Positions 43,667 to 53,154 of a stretch of 53,269 nt of DNA are shown here, piece after piece. Position 1 is the first letter of the stretch. Each line of letters starts with the position of its first letter. Source of the stretch: Coriobacteriia bacterium (GTDB lineage Bacteria > Actinomycetota > Coriobacteriia > Anaerosomatales > JAGXFU01); NCBI GenBank assembly GCA_041739935.1, contig JBGSMX010000007.1, forward strand, positions 1 to 53,269. The letters are read 5' to 3'. Below the pieces are notes generated by a model, which was given only the letters and a program-made list of their open reading frames with translations, was not told where the DNA came from and did no database searches. The translations under genes and the position numbers were made by a program.

Positions 43667-45241
43667 ATGGAGCCCCGAGTTCCGGTGACGTTCGCGCCCA
43701 GCGGGGTGACTGCGTGGGTCAAGCCCGGGGCGACGATTCTCGAGGCTGCTCGCAGCGCTGGGATCGTCATTCCGGCGCCATGTGGTGGCCGAGGAGCGTG
43801 CGGGAAGTGCGCCGTGCGCATTTTGGAGGGTCAACCCGAACGGGCGGATGAGCTGGAAAAGGCGGGACTTGCCCGCGCACCAGCCGGATTGCGGCTGGCT
43901 TGCAGGGCCAAGGTCACGGGACCGGTGACCGTCAGGCCCGTTGTGGCTGGAGGCGTGGTCTCCCAGTCAGGCGCGTCTGCCGTCACAGACGAGTCGTTCC
44001 TAGCCGGGGTCGACCTGGGGACTACCACGGTATCGGCCGTTATCGTGGGCGCGCAGACCGGACTCGAATTGGGCCGGGGTACGGTTCCAAACTCCCAGCA
44101 GAGCTTCGGGATGGATGTCGTGAGCCGGATTGCGGCGGGAGTCGGGGGTCGTGGCCCCGAGCTGCAGGCGGCAGCCGAGTCGTCGGTCACGCAGGCGCTT
44201 GAGGCAGCGTGCGGCGCGGCGGGCGCGTGCCTGGAGAGAATCGTACGCCTGGTGATAGCCGGCAATACCGCCATGACGGCGCTGCTGGCAGGCGCGGATG
44301 TAAGCGGATTGTCCCAGGCGCCTTTCCGCGAACCGGACATGCCAGGCAACGCGATCAAGCTCCCGGTGCTCGCAGAGCGTCTGGCGGCCGGTGCCGAGGT
44401 GATCGGGTTCGACGGGCTCGGGGGGTTCGTGGGTGGTGATATCCCCGCGGGGCTCCTCGCTTCGGGCTTGCTCGCATCGGACGAGGACGCGATCTTCGTC
44501 GATATCGGGACGAACGCTGAGATCGTAGTGAGGAGCAACGGTCGAATCGCATACGCCTCGGCGGCTGCCGGTCCCGCATTCGAGGGCTACGGCATGTCAT
44601 CGGGCGGTCCGGCGGGGCCAGGGGCGGTCACGAGGGTCGATCTGACGTCCGACATACGGCTCGAGGTGATCGGAGGAGGAGAGCCACTCTGGCTCGCGGG
44701 CTCGGGCGTCGTGTCGGCGGTCGCGGAGCTTCTTCGGGTGGGTCACATCGATCGAGCGGGCGGCATGCACGCAGAGGGTCCGGCGAGCACCCGTTTTGGA
44801 CGTGACGAAGCGGGTGTCGTGAGGGTCGGGCTCGGCCCCTACAAAGGCGAGCCCTATCTGACACAGCTCGACGTTCGGGCCTTCCAGACCGCGAAAGCAG
44901 CGGTTGCGGCCGGGCTGGTCTCGGTTGTGCGTGCTTGCGGTCTGAAGCCCAAGAAGGTTCAGCGTTTCGTTGTCGCCGGCTCGTTCGGGGCAGCACTCGA
45001 CATCGTGCAGCTCGTGGCACTGGGTGTCGTGCCCTCGGATCTTGCGGATCGGAGCGAGAGTCTGGCCGACGCGGCCCTGACAGGCGCCGCCGAGCTGGCA
45101 TTCGACCCGACGGCCGCTTCCGATGTGACCCGGCTGAAGGCCGTGGCCTCCAGAGTCGAGCTCGCGACCGATTCGAAGTTCGCGACTATGTTTGCTGCGG
45201 CCACCGAACTTGCGCCATACACGCTCAAGAAGGGCTTCTAG
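43667..45241 (+). CDS. 2Fe-2S ferredoxin-ASKHA (DUF4445) protein, RACo-like corrinoid reductive-activase family
   Basis: 524 aa. The N-terminal plant-type ferredoxin Cys pattern (CGGRGACGKC) is present. ASKHA phosphate motifs (GVDLGTTTV, VDIGTNAEIV) follow. Confidence 0.7.
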   Translation: MEPRVPVTFAPSGVTAWVKPGATILEAARSAGIVIPAPCGGRGACGKCAVRILEGQPERADELEKAGLARAPAGLRLACRAKVTGPVTVRPVVAGGVVSQSGASAVTDESFLAGVDLGTTTVSAVIVGAQTGLELGRGTVPNSQQSFGMDVVSRIAAGVGGRGPELQAAAESSVTQALEAACGAAGACLERIVRLVIAGNTAMTALLAGADVSGLSQAPFREPDMPGNAIKLPVLAERLAAGAEVIGFDGLGGFVGGDIPAGLLASGLLASDEDAIFVDIGTNAEIVVRSNGRIAYASAAAGPAFEGYGMSSGGPAGPGAVTRVDLTSDIRLEVIGGGEPLWLAGSGVVSAVAELLRVGHIDRAGGMHAEGPASTRFGRDEAGVVRVGLGPYKGEPYLTQLDVRAFQTAKAAVAAGLVSVVRACGLKPKKVQRFVVAGSFGAALDIVQLVALGVVPSDLADRSESLADAALTGAAELAFDPTAASDVTRLKAVASRVELATDSKFATMFAAATELAPYTLKKGF

Positions 45242-45256
45242 ATCCGCGGAAAGACC

Positions 45257-45286
45257 GAGGACCCCGGCCTTCGGGCCGGGGTCCTC
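45257..45286 (+). terminator. Strong hairpin terminator after the RACo-like gene
   Basis: GAGGACCCCGGCC-TTCG-GGCCGGGGTCCTC: a 13-bp stem with a UUCG-type loop, followed by a weak T-tract (ACATTCCTTCCC). Confidence 0.6.
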
Positions 45287-45731
45287 ACATTCCTTCCCTT
45301 GCTACCCCTGAGTCTCCGAGCGAGTTGTTGCGCGGTCTGCCTGGTGACCACGCGCACATCGTGATGCCGGTCGACGATGTCCCGCTCAATGTGGCCGTCC
45401 GGATCCCCCGGAAGCGACCGTGTGGGAAGGGAAACTGATATCCAAATGGCACGATACCGCACGCCGAATCCTATTGCAACTATTGTTACAACCATTATCT
45501 TCGTTCATCTGCGGGCGGTCGTTCAGGCGCCCGGATTGTGCTTCCGGGGGGCACCGTCCACCGAGTTATTGCAGCCGTCCACCTGATGGAATATAGGCCT
45601 CTAGCTCGGCATACAGGTAGCATTGTCGGCACATCGGGGTCGCAGCACTCGCGCGCTGCTCGGAGGACTCATGAAGTGCGCGCCGAAGGATGCGACCACA
45701 GGAAGTCACCGGCGGACGAAGGAGGCCATAG

Positions 45732-47723
45732 ATGACTGACGAGTCCACCTCGATCCAATCTATGCAGAAGGAACTGCGGGTCGTGGAACCTGCGGACTGG
45801 GTGCGCGAGAACGCTCACCTCAAGTCCATGGAAGAGTACGAAGCCATGTACAAGCGATCCGTCGAGGATCCTGAGGGTTTCTGGGCCGAGCAGGCCGAGG
45901 AGCACCTCTACTGGCACAAGAAGTGGGACAAGGTGCTCGAGTGGGAGTTCGACACGCCGAAAGTCGAGTGGTTCAAGGGCGGGAAGACGAACGTCGCCTA
46001 CAACTGCGTCGACCGGCATCTCACGACCTGGCGTCGCAACAAGGCGGCCATAATCTGGGAGTCCGACGAGGGCCGCAGCAAGGTCTACACGTATCAGTCG
46101 CTCTACTACAAGGTGTGTCGCTTCGCGAACGTTCTGAAGAAGCATGGCATCAAGAAGGGCGATCGCGTCGCAATCTACATGCCCATGATTCCCGAGCTCG
46201 CCATCGCTATGCTCGCGTGCGCTCGCATTGGCGCGATTCACTCGGTGGTGTTCGGGGGCTTCTCGGCGCAGGCACTGCGTGACCGCATCCAGGACTGCGA
46301 ATCGAAGATGCTGATCACGGCCGACGAGGGCATCCGCGGCGGACGTGTTGTCCCGCTCAAGGCCATGGCTGACGAGGCGCTCCTGGAGTGCCCGACGATC
46401 GACAGTGTCATCGTCGTGTCCCGTGCGCAGACCCGCGTGGACATGGAGCCGGGTCGCGACTTCTGGTACCACGAGGAAGTCCGCTCCGAGGACATCGCGC
46501 GGCATTGCGACATCGAGTGGATGGATGCCGAGGATCCGCTGTTCATTCTCTACACTTCCGGATCGACCGGAAAGCCCAAGGGCGTGCTCCACACGACCGC
46601 AGGCTACCTGCTCTTCTCAGCAGTGACGTTCAAGTACACGTTCGACTACCACGATGAGGACGTGTTCTGGTGCACGGCCGACATCGGCTGGGTCACAGGC
46701 CACAGCTACATCGTGTACGGCCCTCTCGCAGTGGGTGCCACTTCCGTGATGTTCGAGGGCGTGCCCACCTATCCCGACGCGGGTCGCTTCTGGGATGTCG
46801 TCGACAAACACGGCGTCAACCAGTTCTACACCGCTCCGACCGCCATCCGGGCGCTCATGAAGCTTGGCGACGAGTGGCCCAAGAAGTACGACCTGTCCAG
46901 CCTGCGGGTGCTCGGCACGGTAGGCGAGCCGATCAACCCCGAGGCATGGATGTGGTACTACGAGAACGTAGGCCGCGAGCGCATTCCGATCGTGGATACG
47001 TACTGGCAGACCGAGACCGGCGGGCACATGATCACCAACCTGCCGGGTGCCACGCCCATGAAGCCGGGCTCGGCGACCAAGCCGATGTTTGGCATTCAGC
47101 CGATCATTCTCAACGAGGACAAGACCGAGACGCCCGTTGGTGAAGGTGGTCGGCTCTGCATCAAGTTCCCGTGGCCGGGCATGCTGCGGGGAACATGGGG
47201 CGATCCGGAGAACACGCGGGTCAAAGAGGTCTACTTCTCGACGTTTCCCGGCACGTACTTCAGCGGTGACGGTGCGCGCAAGGACGAGGATGGCTACTAC
47301 TGGCTGCTCGGCCGCGTCGACGACGTCATCAATGTCTCGGGTCACCGGATGGGCACGGCCGAGGTCGAGAGCGCTCTCGTGTCGCATGCCGCCGTCGCCG
47401 AGGCCGCTGTCGTCGGCTTCCCGCACGACATCAAGGGCGAGGGCATCTACGCCTACGTCATCTTGCGTGGTGGCAACGAGGGCGATGCGGACCTGGTGAG
47501 CCAGCTCAGGGGTCACGTCCGTCAGCAGATCGGCCCGATCGCGACGCCGGATGAGATTCACCTGGTTCCGGAGCTGCCCAAGACCCGCTCTGGCAAGATC
47601 ATGCGCCGCATTCTTCGTAAGATCGCTGCAGGAGAGACCGATATGTCGGCATTTGGCGATATATCCACGCTCGCCGATCCGTCGATCGTCAAGGTGATTC
47701 TGGACACGCGCCCGGGCGGCTAA
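45732..47723 (+). CDS. acs: Acetyl-CoA synthetase (AMP-forming)
   Basis: 663 aa. [19 protein letters not shown], the SGHR hinge and the [12 protein letters not shown]-terminal lysine motif are present. The RBS GAAGGAGG lies upstream. Confidence 0.95.
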   Translation: MTDESTSIQSMQKELRVVEPADWVRENAHLKSMEEYEAMYKRSVEDPEGFWAEQAEEHLYWHKKWDKVLEWEFDTPKVEWFKGGKTNVAYNCVDRHLTTWRRNKAAIIWESDEGRSKVYTYQSLYYKVCRFANVLKKHGIKKGDRVAIYMPMIPELAIAMLACARIGAIHSVVFGGFSAQALRDRIQDCESKMLITADEGIRGGRVVPLKAMADEALLECPTIDSVIVVSRAQTRVDMEPGRDFWYHEEVRSEDIARHCDIEWMDAEDPLFILYTSGSTGKPKGVLHTTAGYLLFSAVTFKYTFDYHDEDVFWCTADIGWVTGHSYIVYGPLAVGATSVMFEGVPTYPDAGRFWDVVDKHGVNQFYTAPTAIRALMKLGDEWPKKYDLSSLRVLGTVGEPINPEAWMWYYENVGRERIPIVDTYWQTETGGHMITNLPGATPMKPGSATKPMFGIQPIILNEDKTETPVGEGGRLCIKFPWPGMLRGTWGDPENTRVKEVYFSTFPGTYFSGDGARKDEDGYYWLLGRVDDVINVSGHRMGTAEVESALVSHAAVAEAAVVGFPHDIKGEGIYAYVILRGGNEGDADLVSQLRGHVRQQIGPIATPDEIHLVPELPKTRSGKIMRRILRKIAAGETDMSAFGDISTLADPSIVKVILDTRPGG

Positions 47724-47750
47724 GACCGGCTGGCCATTCCACGGTACACG

Positions 47751-47799
47751 CGGACCCCTTTTCGTCTTCTTGCAGGACGGAAGGGGGTCCGTTTGCGTT
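47751..47799 (+). terminator. Intrinsic terminator after acs
   Basis: CGGACCCCTT...AAGGGGGTCCG hairpin (with an inner CGTC/GACG stem) followed by TTTGCGTT. Confidence 0.7.
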
Positions 47800-47919
47800 G
47801 GCGTGGGAATCCGTGTCGATGGCACCCGGGCGGACCCCCGGCGAGCCCGTTTCATGCGTGTTCATGGTAGACTGGCGTACGAATCTCACCCCCTTGAATT
47901 GTGCGAAAGGATCACCCGT

Positions 47920-48996
47920 ATGCCGTTCAACGATCTGTTTCTGCGCGCCGCCCGGCTGGAGCCGACGGAGCGCACGCCCGTATGGATGATGCGCCAGGCC
48001 GGGCGCTACATGCCCGAGTATCGCGCGATACGCGAGAAGCATGGTTTTCTCGAGATGTGTCGGACACCCGAACTTGCGGTCGAGGTGACGCTGCAGCCGG
48101 TTGACCTGGTAGGCGTCGACGCCGCGATTCTCTTCTCCGACATTCTGGTCTCGTTCCCCGGTATGGGACTCGATCTGGAATTCGCAAAGGGCGAGGGCCC
48201 GGTGATACACAATCCCGTACGCACCGCGGCTGATGTATCGAAGCTTCGCGTCGCCGACCCGTACGAGACGACTGGTTTTGTCATGGATGCGATCAAGATC
48301 CTCAGGCGCGAGCTGGAGAACAAGGTGCCCCTGATCGGGTTCGCGGGAGCTCCGTTCACTCTGGCCAGCTACGCCATAGAGGGGCAGGGCACCCGGGACT
48401 ACGAGAACTGCAAGGCCCTCATGTGGACTGAGCCGGCCGCGTGGGACGAGCTCATGGTGAAGTTCTCGGACACGGTGATCGCGTATCTCAACGCCCAGAT
48501 CGATTCGGGCGCGCAGGTCGTGCAACTCTTCGACAGCTGGGTCGGCTACGTTGCCCCGCGTGACTACGAGCGTTACGTGCTGCCACACTCCGCGCGTGTC
48601 ATCGCCGAGGTGAAGGCGCACGGCGATGCCGTGGCGGAAGGCGGCATCCCGCTCATCCACTTCGCGAACGGTGGCACGTCGATGCTCGATCTCGTTCAGC
48701 AGGCCGGTGGTGACATCGTTGGAGTCGACTGGCGGCTCGACATGAAGCGTGCGGTCGAGCTCATCGACGAACGCTTCGGGATCCAGGGCAACATCGACCC
48801 CGTGGCGCTGTTCGCGCCCGATGACGAGCTCGAGCACATGGTCGTCGAGATCCTCGAGGCCGTCGGAACCCGGCCCGGGCACATCTTCAATCTGGGTCAC
48901 GGCATCCACAAGACGAGCGATCCCGAGAAGGCAAAGACCATGATCCGACTGGTGCACGAGCATTCTGACCGGATACGCGGTGGAGCTGCCTCGTGA
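47920..48996 (+). CDS. hemE: Uroporphyrinogen decarboxylase
   Basis: ATG 47920 (MPFNDLFLRAARLEPTERTPVWMMRQAGRYMPEYR) matches the canonical HemE N-terminus. The track ORF start at 47770 lies within the acs terminator region. Confidence 0.93.
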   Translation: MPFNDLFLRAARLEPTERTPVWMMRQAGRYMPEYRAIREKHGFLEMCRTPELAVEVTLQPVDLVGVDAAILFSDILVSFPGMGLDLEFAKGEGPVIHNPVRTAADVSKLRVADPYETTGFVMDAIKILRRELENKVPLIGFAGAPFTLASYAIEGQGTRDYENCKALMWTEPAAWDELMVKFSDTVIAYLNAQIDSGAQVVQLFDSWVGYVAPRDYERYVLPHSARVIAEVKAHGDAVAEGGIPLIHFANGGTSMLDLVQQAGGDIVGVDWRLDMKRAVELIDERFGIQGNIDPVALFAPDDELEHMVVEILEAVGTRPGHIFNLGHGIHKTSDPEKAKTMIRLVHEHSDRIRGGAAS

Positions 48997-50000
48997 CGCA
49001 GGGGTTCGATCGCGCCTCGACAGCCGTGCTAGTGATGGCGTACGGCGGTCCTGACTGCCTGGATGCGGTCGGGCCGTTCATGTGCGACCTGACAGGTCGC
49101 GAGCCGGGTCCGGAGATGCTGGAGCGCATTCAAGCGCGCTATGCGGCGATCGGCGGGAAGTCACCGCTGCCCGAAATCGCTGACGGGTTCGCTGCCGCAT
49201 TGGAGTCCAGGCTTGCCGAGGACGGCTTCGCTGTACCCGTCGTCACTGGATTTCGCTATGCACCGCCGAAGATCGGCGACGTGCTCGCGTTGCTCTATGA
49301 GTCGGGCGTGCGGACGGTGGTGGGGGTGTCGCTCTCGCCGTTCGAGTCCAAGTCGACGAGTACCGCGTATGAAGGAGCCGTCGAAGAGGCGCTGGCGGGA
49401 CTGCCGGGAATGCGGGTCGTCCATACACCGGCACTGGGTGGACTGGCGGCGTTCGCGCAGCTCCACCTCTCCGCATTGGACGCCGCGTTGTACCGCGTCG
49501 GCTCCCCGCAGTCTCGGACGCTCGTAGCTTTCACGGCGCACAGTCTCCCTGTCGCCGACCTCGAGACACCCGAGCTCTATGCCTCGGGGCTTCACCGCGT
49601 GGCGGGTGAGATCGCGCGCGGACTGGGTATGGAGCCCGGTGCCGACTTCTCGGCGAGTGAGAGATTGCCCGGAATCGCGACGTTCGGTGCACCTGACTCG
49701 CATCGACCATGGGTGCTCGCGTATCAGTCGAAAGGGCAGCGACCGGGAGAGTGGCTCGGGCCCGACATCGCAGACGTGATGAATGCGGCCGTGACCAGCG
49801 GGTTCGAGGCGATCGCAGTCAGCCCGATCGGATTCGCGACCGAGCACATGGAGACCCGCTACGATCTTGACGTGGTTGAAGCGGCGCGTGCGGCCGAGCT
49901 CGGCGTGGAATTCGTGCGAAGCGCCGCGCCGAACAGCGCTCCCGAACTCATCGCCGCCGTCTCCTCGGCGGTTATCGAGAGCGCAGGCGGCGGGGCGTAG
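48993..50000 (+). CDS. hemH: Ferrochelatase (coproporphyrin ferrochelatase type expected from hemEHY context)
   Basis: 335 aa. VLVMAYGGP, YAAIGGKSPL, FTAHSLP and IGFATEHMETRYDLD are present. A 4-nt overlap links it to hemE. Confidence 0.9.
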   Translation: MTQGFDRASTAVLVMAYGGPDCLDAVGPFMCDLTGREPGPEMLERIQARYAAIGGKSPLPEIADGFAAALESRLAEDGFAVPVVTGFRYAPPKIGDVLALLYESGVRTVVGVSLSPFESKSTSTAYEGAVEEALAGLPGMRVVHTPALGGLAAFAQLHLSALDAALYRVGSPQSRTLVAFTAHSLPVADLETPELYASGLHRVAGEIARGLGMEPGADFSASERLPGIATFGAPDSHRPWVLAYQSKGQRPGEWLGPDIADVMNAAVTSGFEAIAVSPIGFATEHMETRYDLDVVEAARAAELGVEFVRSAAPNSAPELIAAVSSAVIESAGGGA

Positions 50001-50066
50001 GGGGTCCAAGACGAACGTGCGCGTCCACTCCCGGCACGAGGGGACGTCAAGAGAGGACACCTGGGC

Positions 50067-51569
50067 GTGCGCAAGATCATCATCATCGGTGGCGGGATTG
50101 CGGGGCTGGGCGCGGCATTCAAGCTGCATCGTGCCGCTGTGGCGGGGCACGACGTAGACCTGCTCGTTGTCGAGAAGGCCGACAGGCTGGGTGGCAAGCT
50201 GGCCACCGACTACGTAGAGGATCCGGAATCCGGCGGTCGCTACGTCATCGATGGCGGCTCGGACTCGTTTCTCACGCAGAAGACCGCGGTTCACAGGGTC
50301 GCGCGGCTGCTGGGCATCTTCGATGACGAATGCCCGACGGTTGACGAGAACAAGAAGACGCTGATCGTGAAGTCCGGAAGGCTCGTTGAGTTGCCGGACG
50401 GGATCATGATGTTCGCGCCCACGAAGATCATGCCGATGGCGACCACGAGCCTGTATTCGTGGCCGGCGAAGCTCCGAATGGCGCTCGATCTGGTGATACC
50501 GCGCAAGCGTGTCCCGCAAGGCGAGCTCAACGATGAGACTCTAGAGAGCTTCGTGGTCCGCCGTCTGGGGCGCGAGTGTCTGGACCGGCTTGCCGAGCCG
50601 CTCGTAGGCGGTGTGAACGGCTCGGATCCCGCGCAGATGTCTCTGGCGGCCACGTATCCGAACCTGCTCGAGATGGAGCAGGAGCACGGCTCTCTGGTGC
50701 GCGGATTCCTTGCTCAGCGCAAGAAGGTCGAGGAGATCAAGCGCAAGTACCCGCCCAAGCCCGGCGCGAAGCCAAAGACGTTCTTCACCTCGTTCTACGA
50801 GGGACTGCAGTATCTGACCGATCGTATGGCCGATGCCGTGGGGCGCGACAAGATCCGCACCGGATCGGCAGCCACCTCGCTTCAGCGCAACGAGGGCGGC
50901 ACCTGGACGGTCACGTTGGAAAGTGGCGAGTCGCTTGAGGCGGATGCCGTGATAGTCGCAACCGAGGTCTGGGCCGCTCGCGACCTCGTGGCTGGCGTTG
51001 ACGCGGCGCTGGCGGCGGTCCTGGGTGAGATTCCGAGCAGCTCCTCGGCGACCGTGCCGATCGCATTTCGTGCCGAGGACTGCCCATTCGACCTGGCCTG
51101 GCATGGCATTCTCTCGCCGAGGATCGAGAACCAGCCGGTGACCGGCGTCTCGCTCGTTAGTTCGAAGTGGCCGAACCGAGCGCCTGAAGGCCGTGTGCTC
51201 ATGCGTGCCTTCGTGGGCGGTCCGCACGGCGAGGGAATACTGGGCAAGAGCGACGAGGAGATCGTAGAGATCGTGCGCGAGCAGCTCGTGCGGCTGGTTG
51301 GAGCGCGCGACGGCGCACGGCCCGTGTTTGCGCGCGTCTATCGCTGGGAGCGCGGCATGCCGCAGTACACTCTGGGGCACCTGGATCGTGTCGCGCGCAT
51401 AGAGGCGCTCACAACCTCGATCTCAGGGCTGGCGCTTGCCGGCGGCGGCTTCAGAGGCGTTGGAGTGCCCAACTGCCTCGAGAGCGGGGAGCAGGCGGTC
51501 TCGAAGTTGCTGGGCGAGTGGGGCATCACGTTGGAAGAAGATACAGCCGAGGAGGCGCGCGTCTACTAG
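50067..51569 (+). CDS. hemY: HemY-type FAD-dependent coproporphyrinogen/protoporphyrinogen oxidase, copy 1
   Basis: 500 aa with a GTG start. The dinucleotide fold IIIIGGGIAGLGAAF and the C-terminal GMPQYTLGHL...LAGGGFRGVGVPNC block are present. Confidence 0.88.
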   Translation: MRKIIIIGGGIAGLGAAFKLHRAAVAGHDVDLLVVEKADRLGGKLATDYVEDPESGGRYVIDGGSDSFLTQKTAVHRVARLLGIFDDECPTVDENKKTLIVKSGRLVELPDGIMMFAPTKIMPMATTSLYSWPAKLRMALDLVIPRKRVPQGELNDETLESFVVRRLGRECLDRLAEPLVGGVNGSDPAQMSLAATYPNLLEMEQEHGSLVRGFLAQRKKVEEIKRKYPPKPGAKPKTFFTSFYEGLQYLTDRMADAVGRDKIRTGSAATSLQRNEGGTWTVTLESGESLEADAVIVATEVWAARDLVAGVDAALAAVLGEIPSSSSATVPIAFRAEDCPFDLAWHGILSPRIENQPVTGVSLVSSKWPNRAPEGRVLMRAFVGGPHGEGILGKSDEEIVEIVREQLVRLVGARDGARPVFARVYRWERGMPQYTLGHLDRVARIEALTTSISGLALAGGGFRGVGVPNCLESGEQAVSKLLGEWGITLEEDTAEEARVY

Positions 51570-51623
51570 GCGCGTCTTTGCCGGATGCCACATGGCGCCG
51601 GCACATACAGGGCAAGGAAGCCA

Positions 51624-53126
51624 ATGAAACGAATCATCATCGTGGGCGGCGGGGCAGCGGGACTTGGCGCGGCCTATAAGGTCAAGCGGGCGGCCGACGA
51701 GGGACACGAGGTCGAGTTCCTGCTTGTGGAGAAGGACCCGCGCCTGGGCGGAAAGATCGCGAGCGAGACGGTCACCGACGAGTGGGGCGGCGCATCCGGA
51801 GCCGAGTTCATGATCGATGGCGGGCCCGACTGCTTCTTGACGAGTAAGCCTGCGGTGCATCGGATCGCGAAGTCGGCCGGCTTCTTTGACGACGAGCTGC
51901 CAAGCGACGAGTCCCGCAAGAAGACCCTCATTCTGTCGCGAGGCGGGCTCTACGAGATGCCCGACGGCGTCATGATGTTCGCGCCCACGAAGTTCGTGCC
52001 ATTCGCGACCACAGGCCTGTTCTCGTGGCCCGGCAAGATCCGGATGGGTTGGGACCTGTTCGTGCCCAAGAAGCGGGTGCCGGAAGGTCAACTCAACGAC
52101 GAGACGCTTGAGGACTTCATCGTGCGCCGAATGGGTCGCGAGTGTCTCGATCGCCTCGCCGAGCCGCTGGTGGGCGGAGTCCACGCCTCCGATCCCACGC
52201 AGATGTCGCTTGCAGCGACGTTTCCCAATCTGCTCGAGATGGAGCAGAAGCACGGGTCGATGCTCAAGGGCTTCCTTGCGATGCGCAAGATGGTCGAGGA
52301 CATGAAGAAGAAGTATCCGCCTAAGCCCGGTGACAAACCGAAGACGTTCTTCACATCGTTCACCGGCGGCATGCAGGAGATGACCGATCGCATGGCCGAC
52401 GCAGCGGGACGCAGCAGCCTGCGCACAGCTGCATCGGTCACCGCAATCGAGCGCAGCGATTCTGCGTGGAGCGTCTCGCTCTCAGATGGAGAGCGGCTCG
52501 AGGCGGATGCCGTGATCGTTGCCACCGAGTCGTGGGCAGCCGAACCGCTCATGCGCTCTGTCGACGCCCGGATCGCCGATGCTCTTGCTGACATCCCCGC
52601 GAGTTCCTCGGCGACGGTGTCGATCGGCTTTCGGGCCGAGGAGATCGGTATCGACATGAACGCGTTTGGTGTGTTGTGCCCTCAGGTCGAGGGCCGTGCG
52701 CTCATGGCCGCGACCTACTCGTCGACCAAGTGGCCGGGCCGCGCGCCTGAAGGCAAGGTGCTCATGCGGGGCTTCGTGGGAGGCCCGCGCAACCAGGCGA
52801 TCATGGAGAAGAGCGACCAGGAGCTCTACGAGATCGTCTTGCGCGAGATGCGCCAGATCCTCGGAGTAAAGGGCGAGCCGCTCTTCTACAGGGTGTACCG
52901 CTGGACGCTCGGAATGCCCCAGTACACGATGGGTCACCTGGGCCGGGTCGAACTGATCGAGGCGCGCTGTGCGGACACGCCGGGCCTTGCGCTCGCGGGC
53001 GGGTCGTATCGCGGAGTGGGCATTCCCAACTGCATCGAGAGCGGCGAGCGTGCCGTCTCGAAGGTACTGGCCGAGTGGGGCATCGAGCTTGCCGAGGACC
53101 AGGTCGAGGAGAAACGCGTCTACTAG
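51624..53126 (+). CDS. hemY: HemY-type oxidase, copy 2 (tandem paralog)
   Basis: ATG 51624 follows AAGGAAG; the product is also 500 aa. It is colinear with copy 1 and shares long identical blocks (MFAPTK, GRECLDRLAEPLVGGV, PNLLEMEQ, KYPPKPG.KPKTFFTSF, LEADAVIVATE). Confidence 0.88.
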   Translation: MKRIIIVGGGAAGLGAAYKVKRAADEGHEVEFLLVEKDPRLGGKIASETVTDEWGGASGAEFMIDGGPDCFLTSKPAVHRIAKSAGFFDDELPSDESRKKTLILSRGGLYEMPDGVMMFAPTKFVPFATTGLFSWPGKIRMGWDLFVPKKRVPEGQLNDETLEDFIVRRMGRECLDRLAEPLVGGVHASDPTQMSLAATFPNLLEMEQKHGSMLKGFLAMRKMVEDMKKKYPPKPGDKPKTFFTSFTGGMQEMTDRMADAAGRSSLRTAASVTAIERSDSAWSVSLSDGERLEADAVIVATESWAAEPLMRSVDARIADALADIPASSSATVSIGFRAEEIGIDMNAFGVLCPQVEGRALMAATYSSTKWPGRAPEGKVLMRGFVGGPRNQAIMEKSDQELYEIVLREMRQILGVKGEPLFYRVYRWTLGMPQYTMGHLGRVELIEARCADTPGLALAGGSYRGVGIPNCIESGERAVSKVLAEWGIELAEDQVEEKRVY

Positions 53127-53154
53127 CCGCGGCCGGTGCGCATGCGGTGATCGG

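Noticed and set aside
45447-45461. TGGCACGATACCGCA upstream of acs as a sigma-54 promoter
   Set aside because: It has a perfect -24 half (TGGCACG), but the GG-to-GC spacing is one nucleotide too short. Sigma-54 promoters tolerate spacing changes poorly. It is also ~270 nt from the acs start.
45238-45495. 85-aa minus-strand ORF in the acs upstream region
   Set aside because: Its stop lies inside the terminator hairpin of the upstream gene. It has no RBS and no recognisable motif. I treat it as non-coding, though the region is flagged as a finding.
46617-50519. Three long minus-strand ORFs (46617..47855, 47689..48963, 49161..50519)
   Set aside because: They are antisense to acs, hemE, hemH and hemY, which all carry unambiguous family motifs. 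The products are Arg/His/Asp-rich with no recognisable domains.
51599-51614. CGGCACATACAGGGCA before the second hemY as a sigma-54 promoter
   Set aside because: The spacing is correct, but the -12 element lies only ~10 nt from the ATG and overlaps the RBS. The transcript would lack a ribosome-binding site. It is most likely a chance GG-N10-GC match.
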